From contig NC_086123.1 of the NCBI RefSeq assembly GCF_963921235.1, positions 20,584,001 to 20,648,000 on the forward strand: DNA of 64,000 bases, read 5' to 3'. The position numbers were made by a program, and so were the translations under genes. Position 1 is the first letter of the stretch. Each line of letters starts with the position of its first letter. This stretch comes from Mobula hypostoma. Its lineage: Eukaryota. The notes under the pieces are model-generated. The model saw only the letters and a program-made list of their open reading frames with translations. It was not told where the DNA came from and searched no databases. Of the stretch, positions 26,701 through 38,000 are shown one piece after another.

Positions 26701-26901
26701 AATTAATTTGATTATGCTTTCTTATCTCAGGGTATATCACCTCACATCAATCTCAGAAATACTCTAATTATATCAGAAAGCAATCCCAAAAAGAAACTTG
26801 GAGGCAAAATAAGAGCAACAAGTCATCTACAGCTCAGAGCTCAGGGAAAGAGTCACCTATCTCGCAACCCGGAAAACCAATTTCTCTCCCCCCGCTGGGA
26901 G
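16726..26901 (+). CDS. FAM216A: Protein FAM216A-like, join(16726-16814,18901-18941,21454-21602,25845-25971,26731-~26901); 3' end uncertain
   Basis: Core KTIHIPRSMEKAPFLQ|HPSLKTGQKRYLFSIANIYNTDHMRRLMERQY resembles the FAM216 signature (TIH..SM..A.F..HP.LT.GQKRYL.SIA.IY). Lies between GPN3 and VPS29 as in mammals. Phases are consistent. Confidence 0.85.
18420..18640 (+). mobile_element. V-SINE (5'-truncated)
   Basis: V-domain similar to the 12652 copy. Confidence 0.75.
18901..18941 (+). CDS. FAM216A: FAM216A putative exon 2 (41 nt, APGFQTPKLHDSA)
   Basis: ttcattttag| acceptor, G|GTAGGT donor; bridges phase 2 to phase 1. Confidence 0.6.
19195..20245 (-). mobile_element. CR1 LINE, internally deleted (endonuclease SDHN and 3' end)
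   Basis: ORFs 19752..19958 (EPLGTSDHN) and 19336..19827. Confidence 0.85.
20500..21250 (-). mobile_element. Rex/Babar LINE 3' fragment (related: 14450-15060, 21870-22370, 28205-28440, 35820-36220, 45790-46380, 53620-54120)
   Basis: ORF ESILTGCITVWY...[25 protein letters not shown]. Confidence 0.85.
20753..20795. repeat. (CA)n/(TA)n microsatellite
   Basis: Seen directly. Confidence 0.9.
21454..21602 (+). CDS. FAM216A: FAM216A exon 3 (...QLKTIHIPRSMEKAPFLQ)
   Basis: Long pyrimidine tract plus tag|; CAG|GT; start of the FAM216 motif. Confidence 0.85.
22558..22630. mobile_element. Short Penelope-like fold-back insertion
   Basis: GAGCAACACAC...GTGTGTTGCTC hairpin; TSD TTACTCCAAAA (22547, 22631). 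Confidence 0.8.
24495..24752 (-). mobile_element. V-SINE
   Basis: Reverse complement of the same family, with tRNA head. Confidence 0.78.
25845..25971 (+). CDS. FAM216A: FAM216A exon 4 (HPSLKTGQKRYLFSIANIYNTDHMRRLMERQYLNMLQCRTKL)
   Basis: GQKRYL motif; ttccag| and G|GTAAGT. Confidence 0.92.
26400..26680 (-). mobile_element. V-SINE body plus head of a second tRNA-SINE
   Basis: V-domain on - strand; head GGTTCGAATCC. Confidence 0.65.
26731..26901 (+). CDS. FAM216A: FAM216A exon 5 (GYITSHQSQKYSNYIRKQSQKETWRQ...); end may be 26901, 26914 or read-through stop 26924
   Basis: cttatctcag| acceptor, open in phase 1, TWR motif; donor ambiguous. Confidence 0.7.
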
Positions 26902-27569
26902 GTAGCAGTCAGAGGTCTGCATAGCTTACATTAATTTCATGTTTGTCTTTGCATCTTAATGAAAATTACAGCATAGAACCTGTGGACAATTAAGAATTAC
27001 AGGTTTTGAATATCTCAACTCTTTGTCTGATGTTCCGGATCTCAATTTCAACACTGCCGGCTGATTGAAAGGCAGAGTATCACCAAGTTGAGGCTTTTGC
27101 ATGTAACACCCTCACGTGCACCACGTTGTTAGTTGTTCAATTGATCTTGTAATCTATCTGGTTGGTGGGGATTGAAGCATTTGTGAGTAGTATTGGCATT
27201 TGGAATCCATGTCAACTCTTTATAGAACAAAACATACCTATTCTGCCTATCAATTAGTTACAGATGTGTAATTAAAAAGCTTTGTAATCAGAATTAGGGA
27301 CTATTTATTTCAGGATCTCTAGTTCTGACCAACCTGTTAATGAACTTTAATGTACTGCATATCCTCAACTGCTGGATCTTTGTCATAGAATTAACATGAG
27401 GTTCTATTAATCCATTTGAGAAAAAATTAACAATATCATTATTGTTAAGGATACTAATTAGGACAGCCACCCCATTACAGCATCACTGTTCCTCCTAAGG
27501 CAAACTACTACATGATTCTTACTCAAATAAACTTCAGGCAGAGAAATTGTGATTTAGTGAGTTTATGAA

Positions 27570-28110
27570 GATAGGTGGAGGGGCAGTTAGTGTTGAGGGA
27601 GAAGGGAGTTTGCAAAAGGACAGACAGATTAAGAGAATGGGCAAAGAAGTGGCAGGTGGAATGTAAAGGAAGGCAGTGTATCATCATGCACTTTGGTAGA
27701 AGGAATAAAGGTGTGGACTATTTTCAAAACAGGGAGAAAATTCAGACATCAGAGGTGCAAAGAGGCTTGAGAGTCCTCCTGCAAGATTTCCTAAAGGTTA
27801 ACACTTTAACGTTCAGTCAGTGGTAAGGAAGGTAAATGCAATTTTAGCCTTCATGCCAAGAGAATGAGAATATAAAAGCAAGAATGGTCCGACGGTGGTG
27901 AATCTGTGGAATTCATTGCCACAGACAACTGTGTAGGCCAAGTCTTTGGGTATATTTAAAACAGAGGTTAATTGATTCTTGGTTGGTAAGAATGTCAAAG
28001 GTTATGGGGAGAAGGCAGTTGAGAGGGATAATTAATCATCCATGATTAAATGGCAGCAGACTTGATGGGCCAAATGGCCTAATTCTGCTCCTATGTCTTA
28101 TGGTCTATAT
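27570..28110 (+). mobile_element. CR1 LINE 3' fragment (similar pieces at 17505-17770, 22770-23040, 43665-44035)
   Basis: EWAKKWQVE..MHFGRRN motif and shared 3'UTR. Confidence 0.8.
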
Positions 28111-29408
28111 TGTGAAGAAACAAGAAGTCATGAAAAATCAGGTAATGTTATATTTAAAAGAACTCACAAATTTTTATGTACATTTAATCGGCAAGTAAAG
28201 AGGAAAGTACAAAGTTCAAAGTAAATTTATTATCAAAGTACATATGCTGCTTTATACTACCCTGAGATTCATTTTCTTGCAGGCGTTTACATGGAAAAAG
28301 AATACAATAGGATTTCATGGAAAAACTATACATAAACAAAGACGGACAAACAACCAAAGTGCAAAAGATGACAAACGGCAAATTAAAAAATACTTAACTT
28401 GAGTTGTAAAGTGTCCTTGAAAATGTGTCTGGAGGTTGTAGAATTAGATTGCACCTGTAATGTTAAGATATTAAGGTGGTCCCTGAGATTGACAGAATTT
28501 ACTTCTATTCCAGTTGGATTCAGACATGACGCTCATGGCCGATGACAGCCACTCATTTTACAACAGCTGAGACAACAGACGCTCCAGTAGATAGGTGGTA
28601 GTTTCCTGAGATAGTGTCCTCCTTTCACTGTTTACACCGGCTTCTCTGTGTATGGAAGAGGTTCTTAGTAACATCCTGTACATTCTTTCTCCTGTTTTGT
28701 GAGTCTGGTATTAGATGGGCAACTTAGCTTATCCAATCAAGCCAACAGTGCAATTCAGGGCTCGATGCAGGTTCTCCCACTGAATTTGGAGCATTTTACA
28801 GCAGTAATGAATTTTATGGTGCCGTATTTGCTAATGCAAGAATCAAAAGCTCACAGGAGGGCAGAGGTTTTGGTGCTGAGTTGAGTCTTGATCTCAGTTT
28901 CCAAAGGCTTAACAGACACTAGATTTTGTCAAGATTCTACTTTATTGAGATAGTAAGACCAAACTATTAAAAATGAGTGGATCGCTGCACAACACGTTAC
29001 ACGAATGCAAGGGCACCCTTCAGTGTGGTAAAGTTCTGTGTGTTTCTGGTACTGTCATCACGGATCATACCTATAAAGGCTAGAGCATTTTGATTTTTCA
29101 GAAATAGACAAGATATGGTGTAACAGAAATAAAGGAGTTGCATTGTTTCAAAGTTACAGGTTGTATTTTGGAACTTCAGCCATGGTTAAAGCAACTAAGA
29201 TCAGGTCCAAATGACATTTGAAAATGTAAGTAATCACTTAGTGCAAATGCAGTTATGTTGAAAGATAAAAAAAAGTCCGAAGTTGGTGATGCATGCTAGA
29301 TAGAAGCAGAAAATCCCCTCAAATCTGCCACATACGATGAAGTAATTTGCTTCAATGTATGTGGCAACCTGTCCAAATGGCTGACAAATCAACATACATG
29401 CGCTCGTA

Positions 29409-29492
29409 CTCTCTCTCTCTCGCGCGCGCACACACACACGCACACACACACACACGCGCGCGCGGGCGCGCACACACACACACACACACACA
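29409..29492. repeat. Compound microsatellite (CT)n(CG)n(CA)n(CG)n(CA)n
   Basis: Seen directly. Confidence 0.95.
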
Positions 29493-32075
29493 AACAAACT
29501 AACATTAGTCGGAAGTTAATCCAAGTTGTCATTGCATCCCAAGTTTTTAAAAAATCAGCGTACAAATATGCCTTAGTTATTGCTTCCTTACCAGTACAAA
29601 ACAGAAAAAAAGGGCTATCTGCTAATACATAGAGGTATATTAGTACAAGTAGAAGGGTGGGGGAAGAGGAAGGTTACTGAACTGACTCGGGATTAATTTT
29701 CTAAAAGTAGTTAAAAATAATGGGTCATTTTCTCAGTCCCTAGCAAAATATTCAACTGATATTGAAACACTTTAAAACCACAATCAACATCTAGGATATT
29801 CTCAACTGTAATGATTGACAGTACCTAGCATCTTAGAGAAATTCTCGCTTCCCACAAAACTTCCTGCAAAAGTTGGTAGCTAACAGTTCATGAGTCTGAA
29901 GGTTTGTGTGGCAGAAATTATGCACTAATGTGGTGCTTCTCACTCCTTCTTTTCTCTTAAATTCAGTTCTCAGCTGGATGGTTATTGAACTAGGAACAGC
30001 TAGATATCAGTGAAGAAAAGTAGGAAAATTAAGATTATTTAACAGATTTGTTCTTCATTGGTCCTGGTTGGTATCACTGCCAATCACCATTTTATCAAGT
30101 TCACACTTAGTTCTTGTAATAAATGTATTCTTTTAAACTGGACAAAATGTTATATTTTTATTACGTGCAGTTTGAATGTATGTATCTATGGAAAAATTTA
30201 AACTAATATTTCTTTAGTCCTTACTGCCCAATTTAATGTTGATACAACAGGAGATGAAGCAAATAACCAGATTCTCCATTTCATGTTTGAATAAATATTC
30301 CATGAATCAAAGATTGAAATGCAAAGAAAATTGAGTTCCCAAAGCATAACCTCAGAGCTCTTGAAACAGAAGTGACTTTTACATATTTGTACCAGAACAT
30401 GAGTTTGTAAAAAAGTTGACTGGGAATATTTAAGACTGTACACTGCCAAACATCAGCGAATTCCAAGTTTCTGGTTACTTTTCCAACTAAATGCAGACCT
30501 AAATATAGGTCAGAAATGTCTGTTATGTGTAGATTTGGAGCCATTTGAAGTACTACCAACAGAAACTCAGCAACATTCATAAATAGATGAGTTATTTCTT
30601 GATTGAATTGCTGAATTGATGTCTTAAAACAAAAAGGGCTGTCTGCAATTGACATTGATTTCACACACAATATGCATTTCAATAGCACTTTGTATATTTA
30701 AGATTTGTACATTAAGCTTCTCTATTCTCACACCTAATCTGTGCTACTACTTCGCTTTCATATGCAGTTTCAAAATCTATTTTCTTTCAGTGTTTAAGAT
30801 GGAGAGTTCAAGATCAAATAAATTTACAAAAACAAATCTTCACAGAAAGTGATCATTGGTGATCTTAGGTCTTCATCCAGCTTCTGATCAGCATCAAAAT
30901 AGAATTCCAAATGGACACAAAGAAGAGGACTTGAAGCACAGTCAAGATGTAAACTACTCTCATAATTGGACTGATTTCTTGTGATGCATTTTGGAGAACA
31001 TCGCCTTGTTTTAATTCTAATTGTTACTGAACTTGAACTTTTCAATCGCATATTAAATTTGGAAGATTTTACTGCCCAAAAAGATTTTTTTTTCCTATTT
31101 TGGCTCACTGATGAGTTACAGCTCAGATTGTGAGTGATAATGAAAGAGAAATTAGTTAAGAAATACCCTGAATGTAACCATTAAGATTGTCACAAAACAA
31201 TAAGCAATCAAGCTGTTTAATCAACAGGGGCAGCAAGTTTATTCAAATGCACAAACTCAAGCCTAGCATTCAAAGTTCGTTTTGAATGCTCAAATATAGA
31301 TTTTAAATTACCATAGTATAAAAGACATATTGATTTTCAAGATATTTTGTCATCAGATCCTCTCACAGTGCTTTCTACTAACAATTTTGTCCCCAGCAGG
31401 CATGAAGCTCATGGCAGTTTGCAGCTTCTTGACAGCCTCTACAATATAGCATCCATCCTTTTAGGTTCAGAAACACCCAGCCCGAGGATGTCCTTGGGGC
31501 AGCCCACAAGCGTCATACATGTTTCTAGAGTCAATACAGCACACCCATCATGTTCAACAGAACCACACAAGGCAACAGCAAAATAAGCCCCTTTCCCACC
31601 CAACCATCCACTCCCTCACAGACAGACAGACCTGTAACCCCAGGACAGGCTGCCTTTGGGCTTCCTGTGTCTTAAGGTTAAGATGTTTGAACACAAATAT
31701 TCCAATCTGTCCTAGTCGCTGGATTTTGATTTCAAATCAAAGTTCAAAGTAAATTTTATTTTCAGAGTACATACATGTCACCACATACAACCCCGAGGTT
31801 CTTTTTCCTGTGGGCGTACTCAGCAAATCTATAGAACAGTAAATATAACAAGATTCAGTGAAAGATAAGTAGAGTGCAGAAGACAACAAACTGCAAATAT
31901 AAATAAATAAATAGCAATAAATAAGGAGAGCATGAAAAAGCAATATAAAGAGTCCTTAAAGTGAGATCATTGGTTGAGGCAACATCTCAATAGTCAGGTG
32001 AGTGTAGTTATCCTCTTTTGTTCTAGGTCCTGACAGTTGAGGAGTAGTAACTTTTTTTGAACGCTTTTTGAACCT

Positions 32076-32507
32076 GGCCTCCAACCTGATGGCACAAACA
32101 TTGACTTCTCTAACTTCCGCTAATGCCCCACCTCCCCCTTATACCCCATCCGTTATTTATTTATATACACACATTCTTTCTCTCTCTCTCTCCTTTTTCT
32201 CCTTCTGACTATACCCCTTGCTCATCCTCTGGGTTCCCCCCCCCTTTCCTTCTCCCTGGGCCTCCTGTCCCATTATCCTCTCGTATCCCTTTTGCCAATC
32301 ACCTGTCCAGCTCTTGGCTCCATCCCTCCCCCTCCTGTCTTCTCCTATCATTTTGGATCTCCCCCTCCCCCTTTCAAATCTCTTACTAGCACTTCCTTCA
32401 GTTAGTCCTGATGAAGGGTCTCGGCCCGAAACGTCGACTGTACCTCTTTCTAGAGATGCTGCTTGGCCTGTTGCATTCACCAGCAACTTTGATGTGTGTT
32501 GCTTGAG
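32076..32507 (+). mobile_element. Penelope-like element 3' end nested in a Rex/Babar LINE
   Basis: LQPDG.NIDFSNFR* end; same pLTR sequence as 62644-62850. Confidence 0.85.
32404..32439 (+). ncRNA. Minimal hammerhead ribozyme motif (PLE-associated)
   Basis: AGTC CTGATGA A GGG TCTCGG CCC GAAA C GTC GACT. Confidence 0.7.
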
Positions 32508-32934
32508 ATCATGGAGGAGATGTTTTTGCCAATCTGAACTCACTGGTGTCTGCAAGTGAGGAAATCCTGGATCCAATTGCAGAAGAGGTATTGAGGCCCA
32601 AGTCTTGGAGTTATTGATTAGTTTTCAGGGGATAATGGTATTCAATGCTGAGCTATGATCGATAGAGCATCCTGATGTACGCATCTTTGCTGTCCAGATG
32701 TTCTAGGGTTGTGTAGAGAGTCATTGAGATGCCATCTGCTGTGGACCTGTTGCTCCAGTAGATAAATTGGAGTGGATCCAAGCCACCTCTCAGGCAGGAG
32801 CTGTTATGCTTCATCATCAGCCACTCAAGACACTTCATCACTGTGGATGTAATTCCAACTGGGCGATAGTCATTGAGGCAGATACCATTCTCTTCTTGGG
32901 CACTGGTATGATTGAAGCAGGTGGGTACTACACA

Positions 32935-33041
32935 TTAACACGAGAAAGTGGTCCTAATGAAGGGCCTCAGCCTGAAACGTCGACTGTTTACTCTTTTCCA
33001 TAGATATTGCCTGACCTGCCGAGTTCCTCCAGCATTTTACG
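32935..33041 (+). mobile_element. Short Penelope-like insertion with mutated HHR core (CTAATGA)
   Basis: TSD GGGTACTACACA (32923, 33042). Confidence 0.78.
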
Positions 33042-34526
33042 GGGTACTACACACTGCCGAAGCGAGAGGTTAAAGATATTTAGTGGGTACACCAGCCAGT
33101 TGGTCAGCACAGGTCCTCAGCCAGGTACCCCTTCAGGTCCAGATGCTTTCCTTGGATTCACCCTCCTGAAGCAAGCCCACGTCAGATGTGAGGATTTGCG
33201 ATGGTTCCTCCATGTTCTGACAGTCAAAGTGAGCATAAAAGGCATTGAGCTCATCTGGAAGCAAAACCCTGCTGTCCCCCAAGTTGCTTGATTTAACTTG
33301 GTAGGAGGTTATAGCATTCAAACCCTACTACAGCTGTCAAGCATCCCTCATTGGTTCTAGTTTGGTCCGGAATCTCCACTTCACCTGTGAAATGGCTTTC
33401 CGGAGATCATACTTCCACCTCTTGCAGCATTCTTGATCTCCTGACTTGCCTCCGATTTGGCCCTCAGCAAATTTCGGATCTTACGGTTCATCCAGAGCTT
33501 CTGACTGGGGAAGATGCTGAATGATCTTTTGGGTCACACTCTTCTACGGCTGTTTTAATAAAGTCTGTTACAACCCTGGTGTCGTCGTGCAGGTCCTCTG
33601 ACGAATGCTTGAACACGACCCAGTCCAAAGACTCAAGGCAATCCTGTAATTGTTCCTCAGCCTCCCATGACCAGAGTTGTCCTAATCTCTGAAGCTTTGC
33701 TTTTTAGGCTGTCTGTATGCAGGTAGGAGGACAGGGAAGTGATCCGAGTTACCAAAATGTGGTCTATGCAAGGAATGATAGGCATACCTTATCTTAGTGT
33801 AGCAGTGGTATAGTGTAATAGGACCTCCGGTGCTAAGTCTATATGCTGATGATAAATGGGCAGGGTGTTCTTCGAACAGGCCTGGTTGAAGCCTCCTGAA
33901 TATAATTTGAAATGCATCGGGGACCGGTGATTTCTTGTCTGCAGTGTCATGACTGCTTGCTTATAGTTGGCTGCTGGCGATACATAAACTGTGGTCACAA
34001 TCACAGAGAAAAACTCTCAAAGCAAATAAAATGGTCTACATTTGATCAATACGAGTTCCAAGTTGGGGGAACACGAGTTTGACATAATTGCCACGTTGGA
34101 TCACCAACAAGAACTGATAATAAAACACACGCCACTTCCCTTTGCCTTACCAGCATCTCAAATATTGTAAGAGTAGACTAAAGAAGTTGTAGCGTACTTT
34201 TTTTTCTTGAGTGACATCTTTTGAAGCTGTTCACTGTGCTCATGATTCAACAAGTTCCCCAATTCTCAAAAACCCTCAATAATAACCATTACAATAAAAG
34301 TATCAGAAGAGCAAAGCTCAGTCAACATCTTCAAAAGTTGGCATTCTTTAGTGTACTCTATTTGAAATCAAAAATCAGTAACCAGGATATTTTGGAATAC
34401 TTGTATTTCAAAGTGCTAAAAAAACAATTTTCTCAAGAATAAACAAATGCACAAGAGTAAATAGAAATGTAATCGGATAAATCTTCATCAAGAAATCAGA
34501 ATCAATATTAAGAGCTTGAGATTACA

Positions 34527-34532
34527 TTTATT
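34527..34532 (-). terminator. Candidate VPS29 polyadenylation signal AATAAA
   Basis: tttatt on + strand about 385 nt past the stop codon. Confidence 0.4.
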
Positions 34533-34915
34533 TGTGGAATGGTAGACAAGCATTTTATATGGACCAGTAGGGCTTCAAAAAGCAGAAACAAAAAAAAAAC
34601 AATGGCTAAGAATGTCATGCATATTAATTACATGATCAACTACACCATTTCTGAAAGGAAATATTTACAGGATTGAAAACCCTTTCATTCAAGAATGTGG
34701 CACCTTTTTCCATCAAGGATCTAAACTATCTTTATATCAGTTTGTTCAATAAAGTTCCTTTCATATTGCTGGAATAGTTAACAACTAGTTTTAGTGGAAA
34801 TTAAACATACAATTCACATACATAATACAATTAATTTGATCAAGGTTGAAAAGGGAAATAAAATTGAAAGGGAAAAGGAGTGAAATTATACATATAAAAA
34901 ACAGCTGACAAAAAA

Positions 34916-35033
34916 TTAGGACTTCTTGTATTCAATCCGTTCTACTTTTACATCATCAGAAATCAGCTGGTAAACATAAGTGACTACTGTGGATGCCTGA
35001 ATGTCCATTAGTACGAATGAAGGGATGATATTT
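34916..35033 (-). CDS. VPS29: VPS29 last coding exon ([38 protein letters not shown])
   Basis: ttccag| acceptor; TAA at 34916-34918. Confidence 0.97.
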
Positions 35034-38000
35034 CTGGAAAAGAAAACAAATTAGTTAGTCTCTATACAAACGAATCACCATTTTTCAACTATGCACAGCA
35101 TGAAAATTAAATGCAAAATTGCTTTACTCAAGTTTTTAAGCATCAAACCTCAGTGAAAACTGGAAATGAATGTTGCGTTCAACTTCATCAAGGCCACTAT
35201 GAACAAATGAATACTAAGAAAATATTAACTATCTAACTTGGTATCTCATTAAACTATATAAGATACAAAACTGAAGTTGTCTTTGAGTTAGTTATTAAAT
35301 GAGCAGACCAAATTTCATTCTTGACTATGCCCATTGATATTTCATCTTATCTGTAGTATCTTCTGAATTTTGAATGAATACACTAATCCATCTACATTTT
35401 CAAGGACCAGAATGTAAGATGAAGGAAATTTCCAATATTTCATAATTGGCTTTATTTATATGGCAATTACTGTTGTTATACCTTCATTTTATTAGGTTCT
35501 CTTCACTAATGAAATGGGATCCATGTCAATATTGTACATTATTTCATCTTGGAAAATTCCACAGATAAACGCCTTTGAAATGCCAGAACTAATTAAACAC
35601 AACAGCAATGTCCCTCAAGCTTTTCTTCTTCTCAGACAGTCCGTAAAATGAGGCAGATATTGACTAATGGGGGCAGGCAGGCATGTAGTGTGGCAATTTG
35701 CTGCTTCCACAGGGCCTCTGATCTCCTGGCATATGGACTGCTGGGACTCAAATCTATCCCACATATTTTTCCATTTCAAGCACAAAATGGGCCACAGATT
35801 CCCAAGGAGGAATAAAAATATTTAGCAGCAGCAGTATAATGCAATACATAACAAAGTAAATCAATTACGCTAAGTATATATATTAAATAGTTAAATTAAA
35901 AATAGTGCAAAAACAGAAATAATATATATAAAAAAAGTGAGATGGTGTTCAAGGGTTCAATGTCCATTTAGGAATCGGATCACAGAGGGGAAGAAGCTGT
36001 TCCTGAATCGCTAATTGTGTGTCTTCAGGCTTCTGTACCTCCTTCCTGATGGTAACAATGAGAAGAGAGCATGTCCTGGGTGATGGGGGTGCTTAATAAT
36101 GGACACCGTCTTTCTGGGGCACCACTTCCTGAAGACGTCTTGGATACTATGGAGGCTGGCACTCATGATGGAGCTCAGTATTTTTACAATTTTCTGTAGC
36201 TTCTTTCGATCCTGTCCATTTGTTGCATTTCTTCAAGGAAACTTTTACTGCCACAGATCTCTTTTTCCTTTGTCTACTTGGCAATCTTTCCCTAACAGAG
36301 CTGAGAATAGACTGTACATTTTTGAGTGTGGTAACATGGCTGCCCAACATAGTTGCCCGAGTATAGCGAAAGCCTCAATACCAGTGTTGTCGGCCTGATT
36401 TTAGGCTGCTGCTTTCAGTGAGTGCAAGGCCTATCCTCTCACAGTTCAGTGAAAGTGATAATGACCTAGATAACTCATTGTTGCAGCAATAGCCATTTCT
36501 GCCAGTCTTTTGTAATTTTTGACTCAGATTTCCTTTATTAATATCATTTGGCTTGCTGCAACTACCAAATTAACCCATTTAGAGTCATTGTATGAAATAT
36601 TCCCTTTCTTCTACCCATTCCCATCTCCACCTTCTCTGCAACTGAAAACCAACAGCTTTCTCTTGTTCCCAGTTTAGATGAGGGGGTCTCAGATCAGTTT
36701 TGTTTCATCCCCCACACATGCTACCTTATCCGCTGAGTGTTTCAACATTTTCTGTTTTTAATTCCAAGTTTCTGGCATCTTTTTTTTTTGAGATTTTCTT
36801 GATACTTTCGGATGTCCACTTGAATCAGAGGATTTGCAAATCCATTTGTAAACTTTCAAAAGGTGTGCTAACTGAGCAATGTCAACATAGGTTGTTTGAA
36901 TTAAAGCTTCAGGTTATCCAGACATTAGAAAGTCTAATGACACAGAAGAATGCAAATCTACAGTATATGAACGGTATTCATGTTTGACTAATATTAAACT
37001 GCAAGCTAGAATGGTGACTGCTTCCTTGTGGATGGGGTACTTGGAATTATCATTTTTCCTCAACTGTAGCCAAGAGCAAGATTCTTCCTTTATATGGGGA
37101 ACTGATCATCTTAACACCCCCAACCCCTCCCAGAATAAACTTCATGACTTTATTTAAAATTTTCACACAGCAGTAACTAGGAACTATTATGGATAACTTA
37201 TTTTCATATCATTTATTTTATCCTACATCCAAATGTACTTACCCTTCCAGTGCGTTACCGGCACCTGTGGCTGAGCCTGGATTGATATAGAACTTGCTCT
37301 CTTGTTCAAAAGCCTCAAATTTGTGCGTGTGTCCGGATATGAGGATATCGACATCCAGCTGCCGCTGCAGTAGAGCCAGACTAGTCATGTCTCCCCAGGG
37401 AATCACCTGGTGACCATGGATCAATCCAATTTTGAATTGCCCCACTGTTACCACCTTCTGCTCTGGATAATTCAAATTCTGAAATGAAGACAACAGTAAG
37501 TGTTTACCTGACAATCATCCTTAAATGTGAAAAGATGAATGCCAATACACACAACGTCATAATCCAGTTCTTCAGCTCATTTACTTATCATGATGGAAAA
37601 CTCACCAAAGAAAATGATAGAAAGGATAGAAAAAGAAGAGATGATTTACTCTTCCTTGTTCTCCTCTGGATATGAACACAAACTTATTGAGAAAAATTGC
37701 AAACTCAAATATGCATGTACTATTTTGACATGTTATTCATTGCTATCTGCTTTATGATTATTAGGCAAAGAGCATGGAAAAAATGCCCAGTTCTTTTACA
37801 AGCTCATTATTTTCTTTAGCCAGCTGATTGTACGTACCCAAAAGACAGTTCAAAGGAAAATAATATGAAACAATTTTAACATGCCCCTAAAACTGCTTAT
37901 AAATCGGTAAGTTATAATACTGTATGGAGTGTCCAGCAAGGGGTAGCCTCTCTGGTGAAAGGGCTTTCGTGTCCTCCTTGGGACAGCTCACCCACCCTTG

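Larger units (their letters stand above)
31735..34150 (-). mobile_element. Rex/Babar-type LINE remnant with two Penelope insertions
   Basis: ORFs LDPLQF..SNRSTADGIS..LEHLDSKDAYIRML, LPDELNAFYAHF, TTVYVSP. Confidence 0.85.
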
